A stretch of 64,000 nucleotides of DNA from a virus (lineage: Duplodnaviria > Heunggongvirae > Uroviricota > Caudoviricetes), in IMG/VR virus record IMGVR_UViG_3300046096_000174, positions 8,024-72,023 of that record. One strand, written 5' to 3'. Numbering within the stretch: the first letter of the stretch is position 1; each line of letters begins with the position of its first letter. This document shows, piece by piece, positions 9,765 to 18,237 of the stretch. Under the pieces are notes generated by a model, which made no database searches, was not told the origin of the DNA, and was given only the letters and a program-made list of their open reading frames with translations. The translations under genes were made by a program, and so were the position numbers.

Positions 9765-10334
9765 TTAATCCTTTTGTAGTTTAGGGTCAAGCATAAATTC
9801 CAACAAGAACATCGCATTAACGGCTACAGCAGCCATGTGAGGCATATCTGGTGCGCTGCTATCAGTGTCATATAATTCGCCCCTTCTAATGGCCTCAAAA
9901 TGCCTCATAAGGGCATCCATATAACGCTGCTCTGCGTTAGGTACTTTCTGCCAGTTATTACGCTCCTTGTACTTCTTTAACCCTTCGGTTAAATTACGTG
10001 CAACTTCCTGTAATGCATACGGAGGTACTAATGTGTATTGTACTTTACCGTCATCATACTTTGTACCTGCCATCTGAGTACCAGTAGTTTCTGGCATACC
10101 TGACGCTATCCAGTTTTCCATTTCACTTTTTACAGCTTTCAATGGGTCCTCCTTATATTCTTTCCAAATAATTTTATCCGCAGAGCAGTTAACTCTTTCA
10201 TTAAGGCTCCTACATAAGGTTACATCGGTATCTGTATTTCCGACACAACCTTCACATGGAGAACCTGAAGGTTCTTTTATAAAGTAGTAGGTCTTACCGT
10301 CAAGCTTCATTTTGAGGGTATCCTTCGAAACCAT
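9765..10334 (-). CDS. Putative dATP/dGTP diphosphohydrolase N-domain-like protein with an N-terminal Cys cluster
   Basis: The C-terminal segment YMDALMRHFEAIRRGELYDTDSSAPDMPHMAAVAVNAMFLLEF resembles the dGTP-diphosphohydrolase N-terminal domain of mycobacteriophage MazG-type proteins. The N-terminus has CEGCVGN...C...C. Confidence 0.45.
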   Translation of the reverse strand: MVSKDTLKMKLDGKTYYFIKEPSGSPCEGCVGNTDTDVTLCRSLNERVNCSADKIIWKEYKEDPLKAVKSEMENWIASGMPETTGTQMAGTKYDDGKVQYTLVPPYALQEVARNLTEGLKKYKERNNWQKVPNAEQRYMDALMRHFEAIRRGELYDTDSSAPDMPHMAAVAVNAMFLLEFMLDPKLQKD

Positions 10335-10818
10335 TGCTCAACACGAACATTGGTACGCAATCGTCTAAATCGTTAGACACAAAGTTGATAGGTTTACGAA
10401 CCTTATCTTGAGCATCTTTAATTACAAACAAGTCATATGCTGAGTTATATGTAACGGTAACATTTACATTATCAGCTTCAAACTTTTGAGCAGTAAGTAC
10501 CGCAATTGATTCCTGCATAGGATACTTGCTCAGGTTATTAACTGCAGTTTTATACAAAGCTTTTTGAGTATTGAAACCTAAAGCTTCCAGTTTCTGTAGT
10601 AAACCTAAACCTGTAACTAGCACATCTACTACACCGTCCAGTACTTCTACTGGATTATTAGTGCTAAGACCTTCAGCTGTTTCTTTAAGTTCTTCTGTGA
10701 TTAAGGCAAACTGTTTACACAAGTCTAAATGCGTAGCAGCTTTATCCTTATCGGCAATTTCATTGAACGCATATACGTCCACTTTAAAGTCATCAAATGT
10801 ATAATCGTTATGTGGCAT
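10300..10818 (-). CDS. MazG-like nucleoside triphosphate pyrophosphohydrolase
   Basis: EELKETAEGL...DGVVDVLVTGLGLL matches the EExxE...D helical pyrophosphatase signature. Confidence 0.5.
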   Translation of the reverse strand: MPHNDYTFDDFKVDVYAFNEIADKDKAATHLDLCKQFALITEELKETAEGLSTNNPVEVLDGVVDVLVTGLGLLQKLEALGFNTQKALYKTAVNNLSKYPMQESIAVLTAQKFEADNVNVTVTYNSAYDLFVIKDAQDKVRKPINFVSNDLDDCVPMFVLSNGFEGYPQNEA

Positions 10819-10819
10819 A

Positions 10820-10981
10820 TTAGTCTTTCTTTAAGTTATAGATATCTTTAAACTCATGCATAGCATCTGCAGCCGCATTCTCAGCGTAAGCTAATAGAAA
10901 CAGTGGCAGCACAAGCAGCCATGCCAAATAGACTACAAACTTCATTTTATGGTTGACACACCATTTAACCCAAGGGCGCAT
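10820..10981 (-). CDS. Small secreted/membrane protein (start at Met with RBS, not the TTG of track ORF 10820..11014)
   Basis: RBS AAAGGAG lies 5 nt upstream of the ATG at 10981. Hydrophobic core KFVVYLAWLLVLPLFLLAYA. Confidence 0.35.
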   Translation of the reverse strand: MRPWVKWCVNHKMKFVVYLAWLLVLPLFLLAYAENAAADAMHEFKDIYNLKKD

Positions 10982-10999
10982 ATAGACTCCTTTCAAGAG

Positions 11000-11030
11000 A
11001 CAAAAAAGCCCCAAGCCGAAACTTGGGGTG
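11000..11030 (-). terminator. Rho-independent terminator (minus strand)
   Basis: On the minus strand, stem CCCCAAG/CTTGGGG with loop UUUCGG is followed by UUUUUU. Confidence 0.55.
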
Positions 11031-11070
11031 TGATTTCAAATTGTTATGCCATTATAGCACAAAGCAAGGC

Positions 11071-12018
11071 TTAAGCCAACAATGATTTGCGTTTATTTGC
11101 ACTTGTGATTGTTTTACGGTCACGATGTACAGCACCACAACTATTACAACGAACTTCTTCAAACTTATTTAAAGAGGTTTCAGTTGTACGGCCTGTTGGA
11201 GATACATCATCACTACCACAAACACGGCAACGAACCTTATCATCTTCGTAGTACAAGGCAGCATTAAAGTCTGAACCTGCACGACCAAGTTGGCGAGTGC
11301 GTAAGTATACCTCATAAAGTAGGTCAACGTCCTGAGCGCAGTAAGTAACCATGTCTTCCATAGCTTTTACATTGCCTTCTTGGACCCTACGCCATAGAGA
11401 AATACCGCCAGTTGAAATCTTACGACCTAAGTTAAAGAATTCACCGATAGCATCTAAACGGTTGCTAGGCAGCTTCAAATATTTCTTAACGAGTAAGAGG
11501 GTATCTAAAACCTTGACCTGAGGTAAAGGAGGGAAACCGTTAACGACTGCACGAGTTTGTACAACCTTATGGTCAAAACCTTGTGAGTTATGAGCAATAA
11601 CAGCATCAGCCTCTTCGTATAACTCAAACAATTGAGCTACTAAGCGACTATCATCTTTCTCAGCTACTTCCTGAGGGGTTAACCAGATACGATGAACTTT
11701 TTGTTCACCTAACCAGCGCCAGCAAGCACATAGCAACCAACCACCGTTATCTAAGATATTGTCCTGAGATAGGTTAACCTTGAATCGACCAAAGGTTAGA
11801 GCCGTAGCTGCAGCTGTTTCAGTATCAAAGATTAGGACACGAGGACCACCTTTATTAAAGGCTACATCGCGTGGGTCATACTGCAGTTCATTGCTGCGCT
11901 GTAGTGCATAATTTACACCACTTTTGCTAATCTCTAAAAGGCCAGCAATATCTCTGGATGATAAACCATTTGCATTTAGGTCTAAGATTGCTTTAATTGT
12001 CTCTTGTGAATATTTCAT
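11071..12018 (-). CDS. HTH - DEDD-type 3'-5' exonuclease (RNase H-like) - C-terminal zinc ribbon protein
   Basis: N-terminal HTH (LSSRDIAGLLEISKSGV). Exo motifs VLIFDTETAA and AHNSQGFDHKV. C-terminal CRVCGSD...CNSCG. Start at Met37 (12018), abutting the upstream gene. Confidence 0.55.
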   Translation of the reverse strand: MKYSQETIKAILDLNANGLSSRDIAGLLEISKSGVNYALQRSNELQYDPRDVAFNKGGPRVLIFDTETAAATALTFGRFKVNLSQDNILDNGGWLLCACWRWLGEQKVHRIWLTPQEVAEKDDSRLVAQLFELYEEADAVIAHNSQGFDHKVVQTRAVVNGFPPLPQVKVLDTLLLVKKYLKLPSNRLDAIGEFFNLGRKISTGGISLWRRVQEGNVKAMEDMVTYCAQDVDLLYEVYLRTRQLGRAGSDFNAALYYEDDKVRCRVCGSDDVSPTGRTTETSLNKFEEVRCNSCGAVHRDRKTITSANKRKSLLA

Positions 12019-12019
12019 G

Positions 12020-12544
12020 TTACTCCTGTTGGTCTTTAAACCTGCGCTTAACTTCTTCAAAGTTAATAGGCTTATAATCTGTGTGTTCCACGCTAACACA
12101 AAGGTAACGTGGGTCAATCTTACCATTTCTCATTACTCGATTATTATGCAAGTGTCCATGAATGTTACCAGCATAGCGTCCCAATGATTCCTCATGGATA
12201 GGCATATGGGTTAGCATATATTTGTCAAGCATATGGTAAGCACGAATATCACGAAAGAAGGGTAAGTACTCTTCTAACCTGAAAATATCGTGGTTGCCTT
12301 TAATCAAAATTTGGTCACCATTCAAACGATGGAGAAGTTTTAAAGCTTTGCGATTAATAACAACATCACCTAAATGATAAACCTTATCTTTAGGGCTTAC
12401 GGTTGAATTCCAAAGCTCTACCATATCTTCATCCATCTGGTCAGGGTCAATCCAAGGTCTGCATTTAGTACCGTCAGCCATGACGAACTTGCAAACCCCA
12501 ACATGACCCCAATGAGTGTCACTTGTCAGAAACACTTCGCTCAT
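12020..12544 (-). CDS. Calcineurin-like metallophosphoesterase (Ser/Thr phosphatase-like)
   Basis: Motifs DTHWGH, HLGDVV, GNHD and H.H, as in lambda PPase-type enzymes. Confidence 0.65.
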   Translation of the reverse strand: MSEVFLTSDTHWGHVGVCKFVMADGTKCRPWIDPDQMDEDMVELWNSTVSPKDKVYHLGDVVINRKALKLLHRLNGDQILIKGNHDIFRLEEYLPFFRDIRAYHMLDKYMLTHMPIHEESLGRYAGNIHGHLHNNRVMRNGKIDPRYLCVSVEHTDYKPINFEEVKRRFKDQQE

Positions 12545-12710
12545 CTACTACCTCACAATCTAATTTACGAATCCAATTGAGACAGTTGTAGTAGCCACGT
12601 TCTCTAGTCCAGTAGACTGCTTCCTCTTCACGTAACACTTCGAATGTCTCACCAATATGTTTCTTATACCAGAGCATTGAATCACAGCAAGCAATTACTT
12701 TTACTTTCAT
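12519..12710 (-). CDS. Hypothetical small protein
   Basis: ORF with start/stop overlaps to its neighbours. Confidence 0.3.
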   Translation of the reverse strand: MKVKVIACCDSMLWYKKHIGETFEVLREEEAVYWTRERGYYNCLNWIRKLDCEVVDERSVSDK

Positions 12711-13204
12711 GATTTAGCTCCTTCGATAATGTCACGAATTGTATCATACTCGAACTGTCTTGTCAAGATAGCCTTCTGAAATAACTTCTTGCGTTCAACT
12801 CCGTTTTTACAAGAAGGTTGACCTAAAGCATTCAGAACTTTGTCTTTATCGGATTCTTTTAGTTTATTAAAAGAAGTGTTAGCCTTTTTAATCCATCCCG
12901 GGTGTCGCCACCGTCTGTCTGGTTTCCTCTCAATGTAGGCTGCACACTTACGTAAGAACTCAGGTAAACCATCTGGATACCAATACAGGTATCTTACCGC
13001 TAGGTTCTCAAGCTTACCCAAAGCAGCATTAGCTTGCTTATGAGCAGCACCTCGAACCAATTGTTCTTCATCATGTTTGTGGTCTAGTGCAAAGTTATTA
13101 CTAGCAGTTGGTATTCCTGTAATTGCACATAAACCATTTTGTTCTTGGATTAGCATTTCCCGAACCTTCTTTACATCAGCTGTATTGTATAAATCTACTG
13201 TCAT
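12707..13204 (-). CDS. Hypothetical protein with a degenerate Endo VII / HNH-like core (CAITG...LDHKHD...H)
   Basis: Weak resemblance to the Endonuclease_7 motif, but most Zn-ligand cysteines are lacking. Could be an inactive paralogue of 14178..14621. Confidence 0.3.
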   Translation of the reverse strand: MTVDLYNTADVKKVREMLIQEQNGLCAITGIPTASNNFALDHKHDEEQLVRGAAHKQANAALGKLENLAVRYLYWYPDGLPEFLRKCAAYIERKPDRRWRHPGWIKKANTSFNKLKESDKDKVLNALGQPSCKNGVERKKLFQKAILTRQFEYDTIRDIIEGAKS

Positions 13205-14181
13205 ACTTCAACTCCCAAGTTTTTAGCGAAAGCAATAAAATCACTATCATCATTCTTAGACCGCTTCATATAGGCACAGCGCCAATACATTTGTAGCATA
13301 TCAAACCAATCTGCATTCATATGCACAACACCATGACAATCTGTATAAGTGAATGGTTCAGGGTACAAGCGTTTAAATTCACTGATTAGTACCAAGAGTA
13401 CTTCTTGTTCGTTATTAGCTGTCAGAAGCGCATTCATAGCCTTTGTAGGGCCATACTTCAAAGTAGACAATTCATAACCACAGTATGTATCTGCAGTATC
13501 ACCAGCTAGGGTTTGATAAGCCAAGAAGCGTAAGCCTTCTCCTTTAATCGTAGTCTTCTCTTTGTAGAGAGTACCTAATTCAGGGATTAGCTTTAATTCC
13601 CAAGGGTCTTTCTGCCAATTCAATACATGCACTCGTTGAGTTTGTTGAGCATCTTTATCGTTACTACTAAGAATAGGGTCATTACCTTTTTCTAATTCCT
13701 CATAAGAACGAATCGTAACCCAATCATCAACCTCTAGGTCAATATCTTTTAAGATAACAGCACCGAATTTATTTACCATGTACTCTCTAGTATCATTCAA
13801 CAGTAAAGGTCGTAATGAATCTTCACGATTGTTTTTATATCCAGATGGCAGTGGTAAGGCATGTCGGAAAGTTTTACCTGAGCCTAAATAAATCTCTACT
13901 CTATCAGCCCATGTGAATTCAGTCATCTTCGTGATAAACTTATTAATGGTTGACATAGTAAAAGCTGCATCACCTACAGTTTGAATATCTTCGATTTCAT
14001 ATTCTTCTGGCACATACGTATAGTTCACTTCTGCAAGATATTCCTTGAAAGCTGTACGTGTTTTAAAGATACGTTCTTTCTTGGATTTGATATGCTTTGC
14101 ACAAATACTACGTTGCTCACCTGCGGCTGCAAATCGGTAAGCAATTAAATCACCATCCACGATTAAAACTTTTTCTGTCAT
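13201..14181 (-). CDS. 5'-3' exonuclease / flap endonuclease (T5 D15 / T7 gp6-like, PIN-FEN fold)
   Basis: N-terminal VLIVDGDLIAYRF with the acidic metal-binding residues typical of the FEN family. Confidence 0.65.
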   Translation of the reverse strand: MTEKVLIVDGDLIAYRFAAAGEQRSICAKHIKSKKERIFKTRTAFKEYLAEVNYTYVPEEYEIEDIQTVGDAAFTMSTINKFITKMTEFTWADRVEIYLGSGKTFRHALPLPSGYKNNREDSLRPLLLNDTREYMVNKFGAVILKDIDLEVDDWVTIRSYEELEKGNDPILSSNDKDAQQTQRVHVLNWQKDPWELKLIPELGTLYKEKTTIKGEGLRFLAYQTLAGDTADTYCGYELSTLKYGPTKAMNALLTANNEQEVLLVLISEFKRLYPEPFTYTDCHGVVHMNADWFDMLQMYWRCAYMKRSKNDDSDFIAFAKNLGVEV

Positions 14182-14621
14182 TTATTCCTTTCCAGATACT
14201 TAATAGCTTCTTGTAGAAACAATGTATTATCTTTAAAACTTCCTAAGCCTCTATTACAATTAGTACATAAAAGACCACGGATTTTACCTGTTGCGTGGCA
14301 GTGGTCGATATGTGTCAATTTACCTTCTTCAGATAAAGAAGTTAAACATATGGCACAAGAATATTGTTGACTCTGCAACATACTCCTTCTATCATCTAGT
14401 GATAAATCATATTTAGTTTTAAAATAAGAACCCCGTCTAGCTTCTTTATAGTAAGGTGAATCTTTATTCTCTGAATGCCATTTCCTAGATTTAGCTGTGG
14501 CACACACTTTGCAATAGTATGCATAGCCTCTGATGGCTGTAGAATCTTTGTGAAATTCTGAGAATATCTTATGGGAATCGCATGCCTTACAGTAGAGAGT
14601 ATCAACTCTTACTTCTATCAT
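14178..14621 (-). CDS. Recombination endonuclease VII-like (HNH-type Holliday junction resolvase)
   Basis: Canonical Endonuclease_7 motif CAICLTSL...HIDHCHATGKIRGLLCTNCNRGLG. Confidence 0.65.
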   Translation of the reverse strand: MIEVRVDTLYCKACDSHKIFSEFHKDSTAIRGYAYYCKVCATAKSRKWHSENKDSPYYKEARRGSYFKTKYDLSLDDRRSMLQSQQYSCAICLTSLSEEGKLTHIDHCHATGKIRGLLCTNCNRGLGSFKDNTLFLQEAIKYLERNK

Positions 14622-14970
14622 GGATTTCCTTCACTAAATAGATAAATACTTCTAGCCTATTTCGTCTAGCTTGCATAATCATGTTTGCAGTTCCTTTGCT
14701 AACACCATCCCATACTGCGATTAAAGCATCAGCATATTCAGCCATTTCTTTATTCCGCATAGGTCCAGCTGCACGACCATTTTTATTCCAATCAGCAGGA
14801 AACCCTACTACAGGAATATTCGCACCTAAGGCATAGATTTCACCTAAGGTATCGACACCTTTTGCTTTACCTGACACTACCTCTGTAATTTCAAATCCAG
14901 AAGCTTTAATAGCATCTTGCACTATATTGAAACTTGTGAAGTCTCTGCCACCAGCAATAATTACTTTCAT
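14602..14970 (-). CDS. SLOG/DprA-LOG-like Rossmann protein (DUF2493-like)
   Basis: MKVIIAGGRDF...GxD...PMRNKEM pattern, as in YspA/LOG-type nucleotide-binding domains. Confidence 0.4.
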   Translation of the reverse strand: MKVIIAGGRDFTSFNIVQDAIKASGFEITEVVSGKAKGVDTLGEIYALGANIPVVGFPADWNKNGRAAGPMRNKEMAEYADALIAVWDGVSKGTANMIMQARRNRLEVFIYLVKEIHDRSKS

Positions 14971-14984
14971 AATTTCTCCTTAAA

Positions 14985-15013
14985 GAAAAACCCGAAGGTT
15001 TTATTCCTTCGGG
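14985..15013 (-). terminator. Rho-independent terminator (minus strand)
   Basis: On the minus strand, stem CCCGAAGG/CCTTCGGG with loop AAUAAAA is followed by UUUUUC. Confidence 0.55.
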
Positions 15014-15022
15014 TTCTAGTGA

Positions 15023-15241
15023 TTAGCTGCGAGAGATATCGATAGCTTTTAGCACTTCATTTGACTTAGCGATTAAGTCATCTACTTTGTTCTTGACGAT
15101 AGCCTTAGCTACTGCACTTAAGATAGCAGGGTCTAAGCCTGATTCTTTAGCTTCATCTTTCACTGCCTTTACGTCTTCAGCTAGTGATTGTTCTTCGGTG
15201 TATAGACGAACGAGTTTTGCGATTGCTTCTTTACTTTGCAT
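15023..15241 (-). CDS. Hypothetical coiled-coil protein
   Basis: ORF located after the terminator. Confidence 0.35.
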   Translation of the reverse strand: MQSKEAIAKLVRLYTEEQSLAEDVKAVKDEAKESGLDPAILSAVAKAIVKNKVDDLIAKSNEVLKAIDISRS

Positions 15242-15242
15242 A

Positions 15243-15449
15243 TTAGTCCTTTGAGAAAGTAGGTTTGTACATCCATGTTAAGTTCATTACCACTACAGCT
15301 AACCAGCTATAGAAGGTGTAAGGAATACTTAAAATAGGGAATAGTGTATTCAAAGCCCAAACTGTTGCAAAAGGTCCGAAGATTACAATAGCAATAATTA
15401 ATAGGCAGAAAAACACTAGTTTGATAATATCTTTAGTTGTCTTAGTCAT
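15243..15449 (-). CDS. Small two-TM membrane protein
   Basis: Two hydrophobic helices. Confidence 0.35.
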   Translation of the reverse strand: MTKTTKDIIKLVFFCLLIIAIVIFGPFATVWALNTLFPILSIPYTFYSWLAVVVMNLTWMYKPTFSKD

Positions 15450-15470
15450 AAATAAATCCTTTCAAGAGAA

Positions 15471-15484
15471 GGGGCCGAAGCCCC
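15471..15484 (-). other. Intercistronic cUUCGg tetraloop hairpin (GGGGC-UUCG-GCCCC on the minus-strand RNA)
   Basis: Perfect 5-bp stem with a UUCG loop, 5 nt downstream of the SSB gene stop. The same element recurs at 29091 and 31560. Confidence 0.4.
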
Positions 15485-15489
15485 GTGAA

Positions 15490-16110
15490 TTAGAATGGTG
15501 AATCGTCTTCAGCCGCTTCGTCTTTAACTACAGGAGCCTTTGCAGGTTTTGCAGCTTTAGTTTTAGCAGGTTTTGCTGGAGCATCATCTTCATCGAATTC
15601 AGAACCCGGTACATAAGTGCCACCAGTTCCTTCTTTCTTCTCATATTCAATGAGTTCGGTAACTAAGATATTTTTCAAACGAGCTACATTACCCTTTGAC
15701 ATTTCCCATAGGTCGATACTCATAGAACCCTTGCTGCCATTGGCAACTAAGACTTCTGCGGTAACATCCTTGTAACCAGTCTCTTCATTCGCATCACGAA
15801 TTTGAACCTTAGGTTGGTAGATATCAGGTACATCTTCACCATTGCCGAGCTTAGTGTTCTTACGTAAGGTAATTACGTATTGCTTCTTAGCGTCAGGAAT
15901 GGGTGGAGCTACTTTGTATTTCGCTTCAAACTCTGAAGTCTTAACTACAGTTGCTGATTGCTTAGGATAGTCCTCGTTCCATGCATCTGCAGTATCTTCA
16001 TCTACAGCGATACTAGCTTTCCATTCTTTGCCCTTTGCTTTTTCAAAGCAATCTACAGGAGATTGAACTTGAACGAATAAGAGAGTACCAGTGAGTTTTT
16101 TAATAGGCAT
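15490..16110 (-). CDS. ssb: Single-stranded DNA-binding protein with an acidic C-terminal tail
   Basis: The C-terminus ...AAEDDSPF mimics the SSB/gp2.5 DDDIPF protein-interaction tail. A Pro/Ala/Lys-rich linker precedes it. Sits in the replication block. Confidence 0.6.
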   Translation of the reverse strand: MPIKKLTGTLLFVQVQSPVDCFEKAKGKEWKASIAVDEDTADAWNEDYPKQSATVVKTSEFEAKYKVAPPIPDAKKQYVITLRKNTKLGNGEDVPDIYQPKVQIRDANEETGYKDVTAEVLVANGSKGSMSIDLWEMSKGNVARLKNILVTELIEYEKKEGTGGTYVPGSEFDEDDAPAKPAKTKAAKPAKAPVVKDEAAEDDSPF

Positions 16111-16233
16111 AATTTTCCTTCCAAATGTTTTACCAAAGTGTGTTAGGTACTGAGACTGCAGTACCGACAGGTTTAAAGCTTTACAGCTTAAAATCTAATT
16201 ATAGCAAGACTTGTGCCAATTGTCAAGCGTTTC

Positions 16234-16677
16234 TTAAACTTTCTCAAATACTGTGACTTGTTTTACTGTAGACTTTACAATAAAGAAGCTTCGCATTTCC
16301 GAACCATCATATGAAGAGTAGTAACCGTCAAACTTAACGAAGCAGTCTTCTACACCATCACTGAAAGAATAAACCTTCCAGTAAACATTACCGTCTTCCT
16401 CTTCATCACCGCCTAGTGATTCAGCAAGATGACAGGCAATATTATGAGGTGCAAAACGTGCCTTAATTTTATTGACAGCTGCAGTATTGCAGTAACCACG
16501 GAACATACATTCCTCTACATCAGAACGAGGTGTATCTTCTAAGAAGTAGATAACCTTATCCGCTAATGAAGCTTTCTTGAGTAATTCTGCTTCTTTCTCA
16601 GCTACCAAGGCAGCAATCTGGTCTTTCAAGGTCTTTGTTTCTTCCTTCAACTGAGCGCGTAATGTCTTCTTAGTCAT
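16234..16677 (-). CDS. Hypothetical protein, paralogue of 16670..17002, with an N-terminal coiled-coil
   Basis: Shares YWKVYSFSDGVEDCFVKFDGYYSSYDGSEM with the neighbouring FYTVYKFTKGDETVFVKFQGWYQSYNGSEM. Confidence 0.4.
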   Translation of the reverse strand: MTKKTLRAQLKEETKTLKDQIAALVAEKEAELLKKASLADKVIYFLEDTPRSDVEECMFRGYCNTAAVNKIKARFAPHNIACHLAESLGGDEEEDGNVYWKVYSFSDGVEDCFVKFDGYYSSYDGSEMRSFFIVKSTVKQVTVFEKV

Positions 16678-17002
16678 AGATAACTACCTCTACTGTTTTA
16701 GGTGTCACGAAAGCCCAACCAGTCATTTCTGAACCGTTGTAGGACTGATACCATCCCTGAAACTTAACGAACACTGTTTCATCGCCTTTAGTGAATTTGT
16801 AGACAGTATAGAAGTCTTCGCCTTCGCCTTCACCACCATGTTGCTCTACGCATTCAAATGCAACGCTTTTATTACGTAATTCATCTCCCAATTCATCGTC
16901 ATCGCTGTAACCACAGTCGATTTCCTCGTGAAAGAAAGCTGATTGTAAATCGCTATCACTTGTAGAATCAAGAAACTCTTTGATTGTATCTTTCAAACTC
17001 AT
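16670..17002 (-). CDS. Hypothetical protein, paralogue of 16234..16677
   Basis: Tandem duplicated domain (see the partner gene). Confidence 0.4.
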   Translation of the reverse strand: MSLKDTIKEFLDSTSDSDLQSAFFHEEIDCGYSDDDELGDELRNKSVAFECVEQHGGEGEGEDFYTVYKFTKGDETVFVKFQGWYQSYNGSEMTGWAFVTPKTVEVVIYD

Positions 17003-17004
17003 AC

Positions 17005-17808
17005 TTACTCCTTTTCTAAGATTGCTTTTACAGCGTTAATTTTGTCTGCATCAAACAGACTGTGAATACTAGGGTAGTTATCGATAGCAAAATCTCTAAA
17101 CCAACCTGAGCATAATGTTGTACATACTTTGTCTAGTGACTTAGTATACGCTAATCGATACGGGTAATCCCATTCTTTAGGTACAAGAAATCTTTCAATA
17201 CTAATTACATACGTTTCTTCAGCTACGCATTGTAACTGTTCAGTATAAGATAACTTATCCCACAATACCTTCTCGCACCAAGCTAACTCTGGATTGTGCT
17301 GCAGTCTAGTATACATCGGTTTTGATTGGTAAGCCACTAGCTCATGCAAATAATCATGATTGTATTTCTTAGTCACAGCATCATCAAAGAAGCCTTCAAC
17401 CGATTGATATAAGTTTGGATTACCTTGTGGATATTCCTTACGAGTAGCCGCAGTACGTTTCTCTAAAAGACTTTCATCTGCTGCATTAAAGTATCTACGG
17501 AAATCGGCTAAACCATTTTTATGATAATGTGTAATGTGCTTTTGAAATGATAAATCACGCCATAAATGGCTGCGTTTAATGATAGCTAATCCCCTTGGAT
17601 TCACTACATAAATAGCTTTACCATTGAACGAAAACTTATAATCTGTAGCATACTGCTCAATCTCATGATTCAACAGAAAATCAGGTTTATGCCACTCAGT
17701 ACCTTCAACAGGCTCTAAGCTAATTACATCATAATCAGTTGTATCTTTAATTTTAACGGTATTACTGAACATAGCTAACGCTCGTGAACCAATCAAAAGA
17801 TTTTTCAT
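17005..17808 (-). CDS. Nucleotidyltransferase-fold protein (minimal NTase head plus helical domain)
   Basis: N-terminal hGS...DhD signature LLIGSRALAMFSNTVKIKDTTDYDVISLE. Confidence 0.4.
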   Translation of the reverse strand: MKNLLIGSRALAMFSNTVKIKDTTDYDVISLEPVEGTEWHKPDFLLNHEIEQYATDYKFSFNGKAIYVVNPRGLAIIKRSHLWRDLSFQKHITHYHKNGLADFRRYFNAADESLLEKRTAATRKEYPQGNPNLYQSVEGFFDDAVTKKYNHDYLHELVAYQSKPMYTRLQHNPELAWCEKVLWDKLSYTEQLQCVAEETYVISIERFLVPKEWDYPYRLAYTKSLDKVCTTLCSGWFRDFAIDNYPSIHSLFDADKINAVKAILEKE

Positions 17809-18135
17809 ATTACTCCTTCAAAGTATACTGAAATACCTAGTGTTACCAAATTACACTACTACCACACCGTAGGTCAGAATCGAACTGACATTAGATACTT
17901 CAGTATACCCTCAGTCCCTAAACTGAAAATATACTGTCTTTCATATTCGGTACAACGTCAGGGGTTGTATTATTCCGTATCTGTTTGACGACTGTCATCA
18001 AGTCTAGAAGGCCCGTACTGTTACTCGACTAATTGTAACATGTATTTTACCTATACGTGCCCTGTCGGGTCGCATAGCGCCGAAGTGTGCTGCTAACTCT
18101 AGGGATACGAGCAACAAGCATGGCGGGACTTATTT

Positions 18136-18237
18136 TGGTGCAACTGGATGGGCTCGAACCATCGGCTTGGTTTTCCCTCTGGCATTAGGTCCTTCACCAT
18201 GAAGAGGTTCCTGCTCTACCAACTGAGCTACAGTCGC
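18136..18237 (-). tRNA. tRNA-like element with an abnormal central region, about 102 nt
   Basis: Minus-strand reading GCGACTG-TA-GCTCAGTTGGTAGAGC ... GATGGTTCGAGCCCATC-CAGTTGC-A-CCA. The acceptor stem, D-arm and T-arm are canonical. The 49-nt segment between the D and T arms has no standard 5-7-5 anticodon arm. Its best pairing is CCTCT/AGAGG enclosing 22 nt. Confidence 0.4.

Noticed and set aside
10820-11014. Track start at 11014 for the small ORF
   Set aside because: Codon 1 is TTG and lies inside the upstream terminator stem. The ATG at 10981, preceded by AAAGGAG, is used instead.
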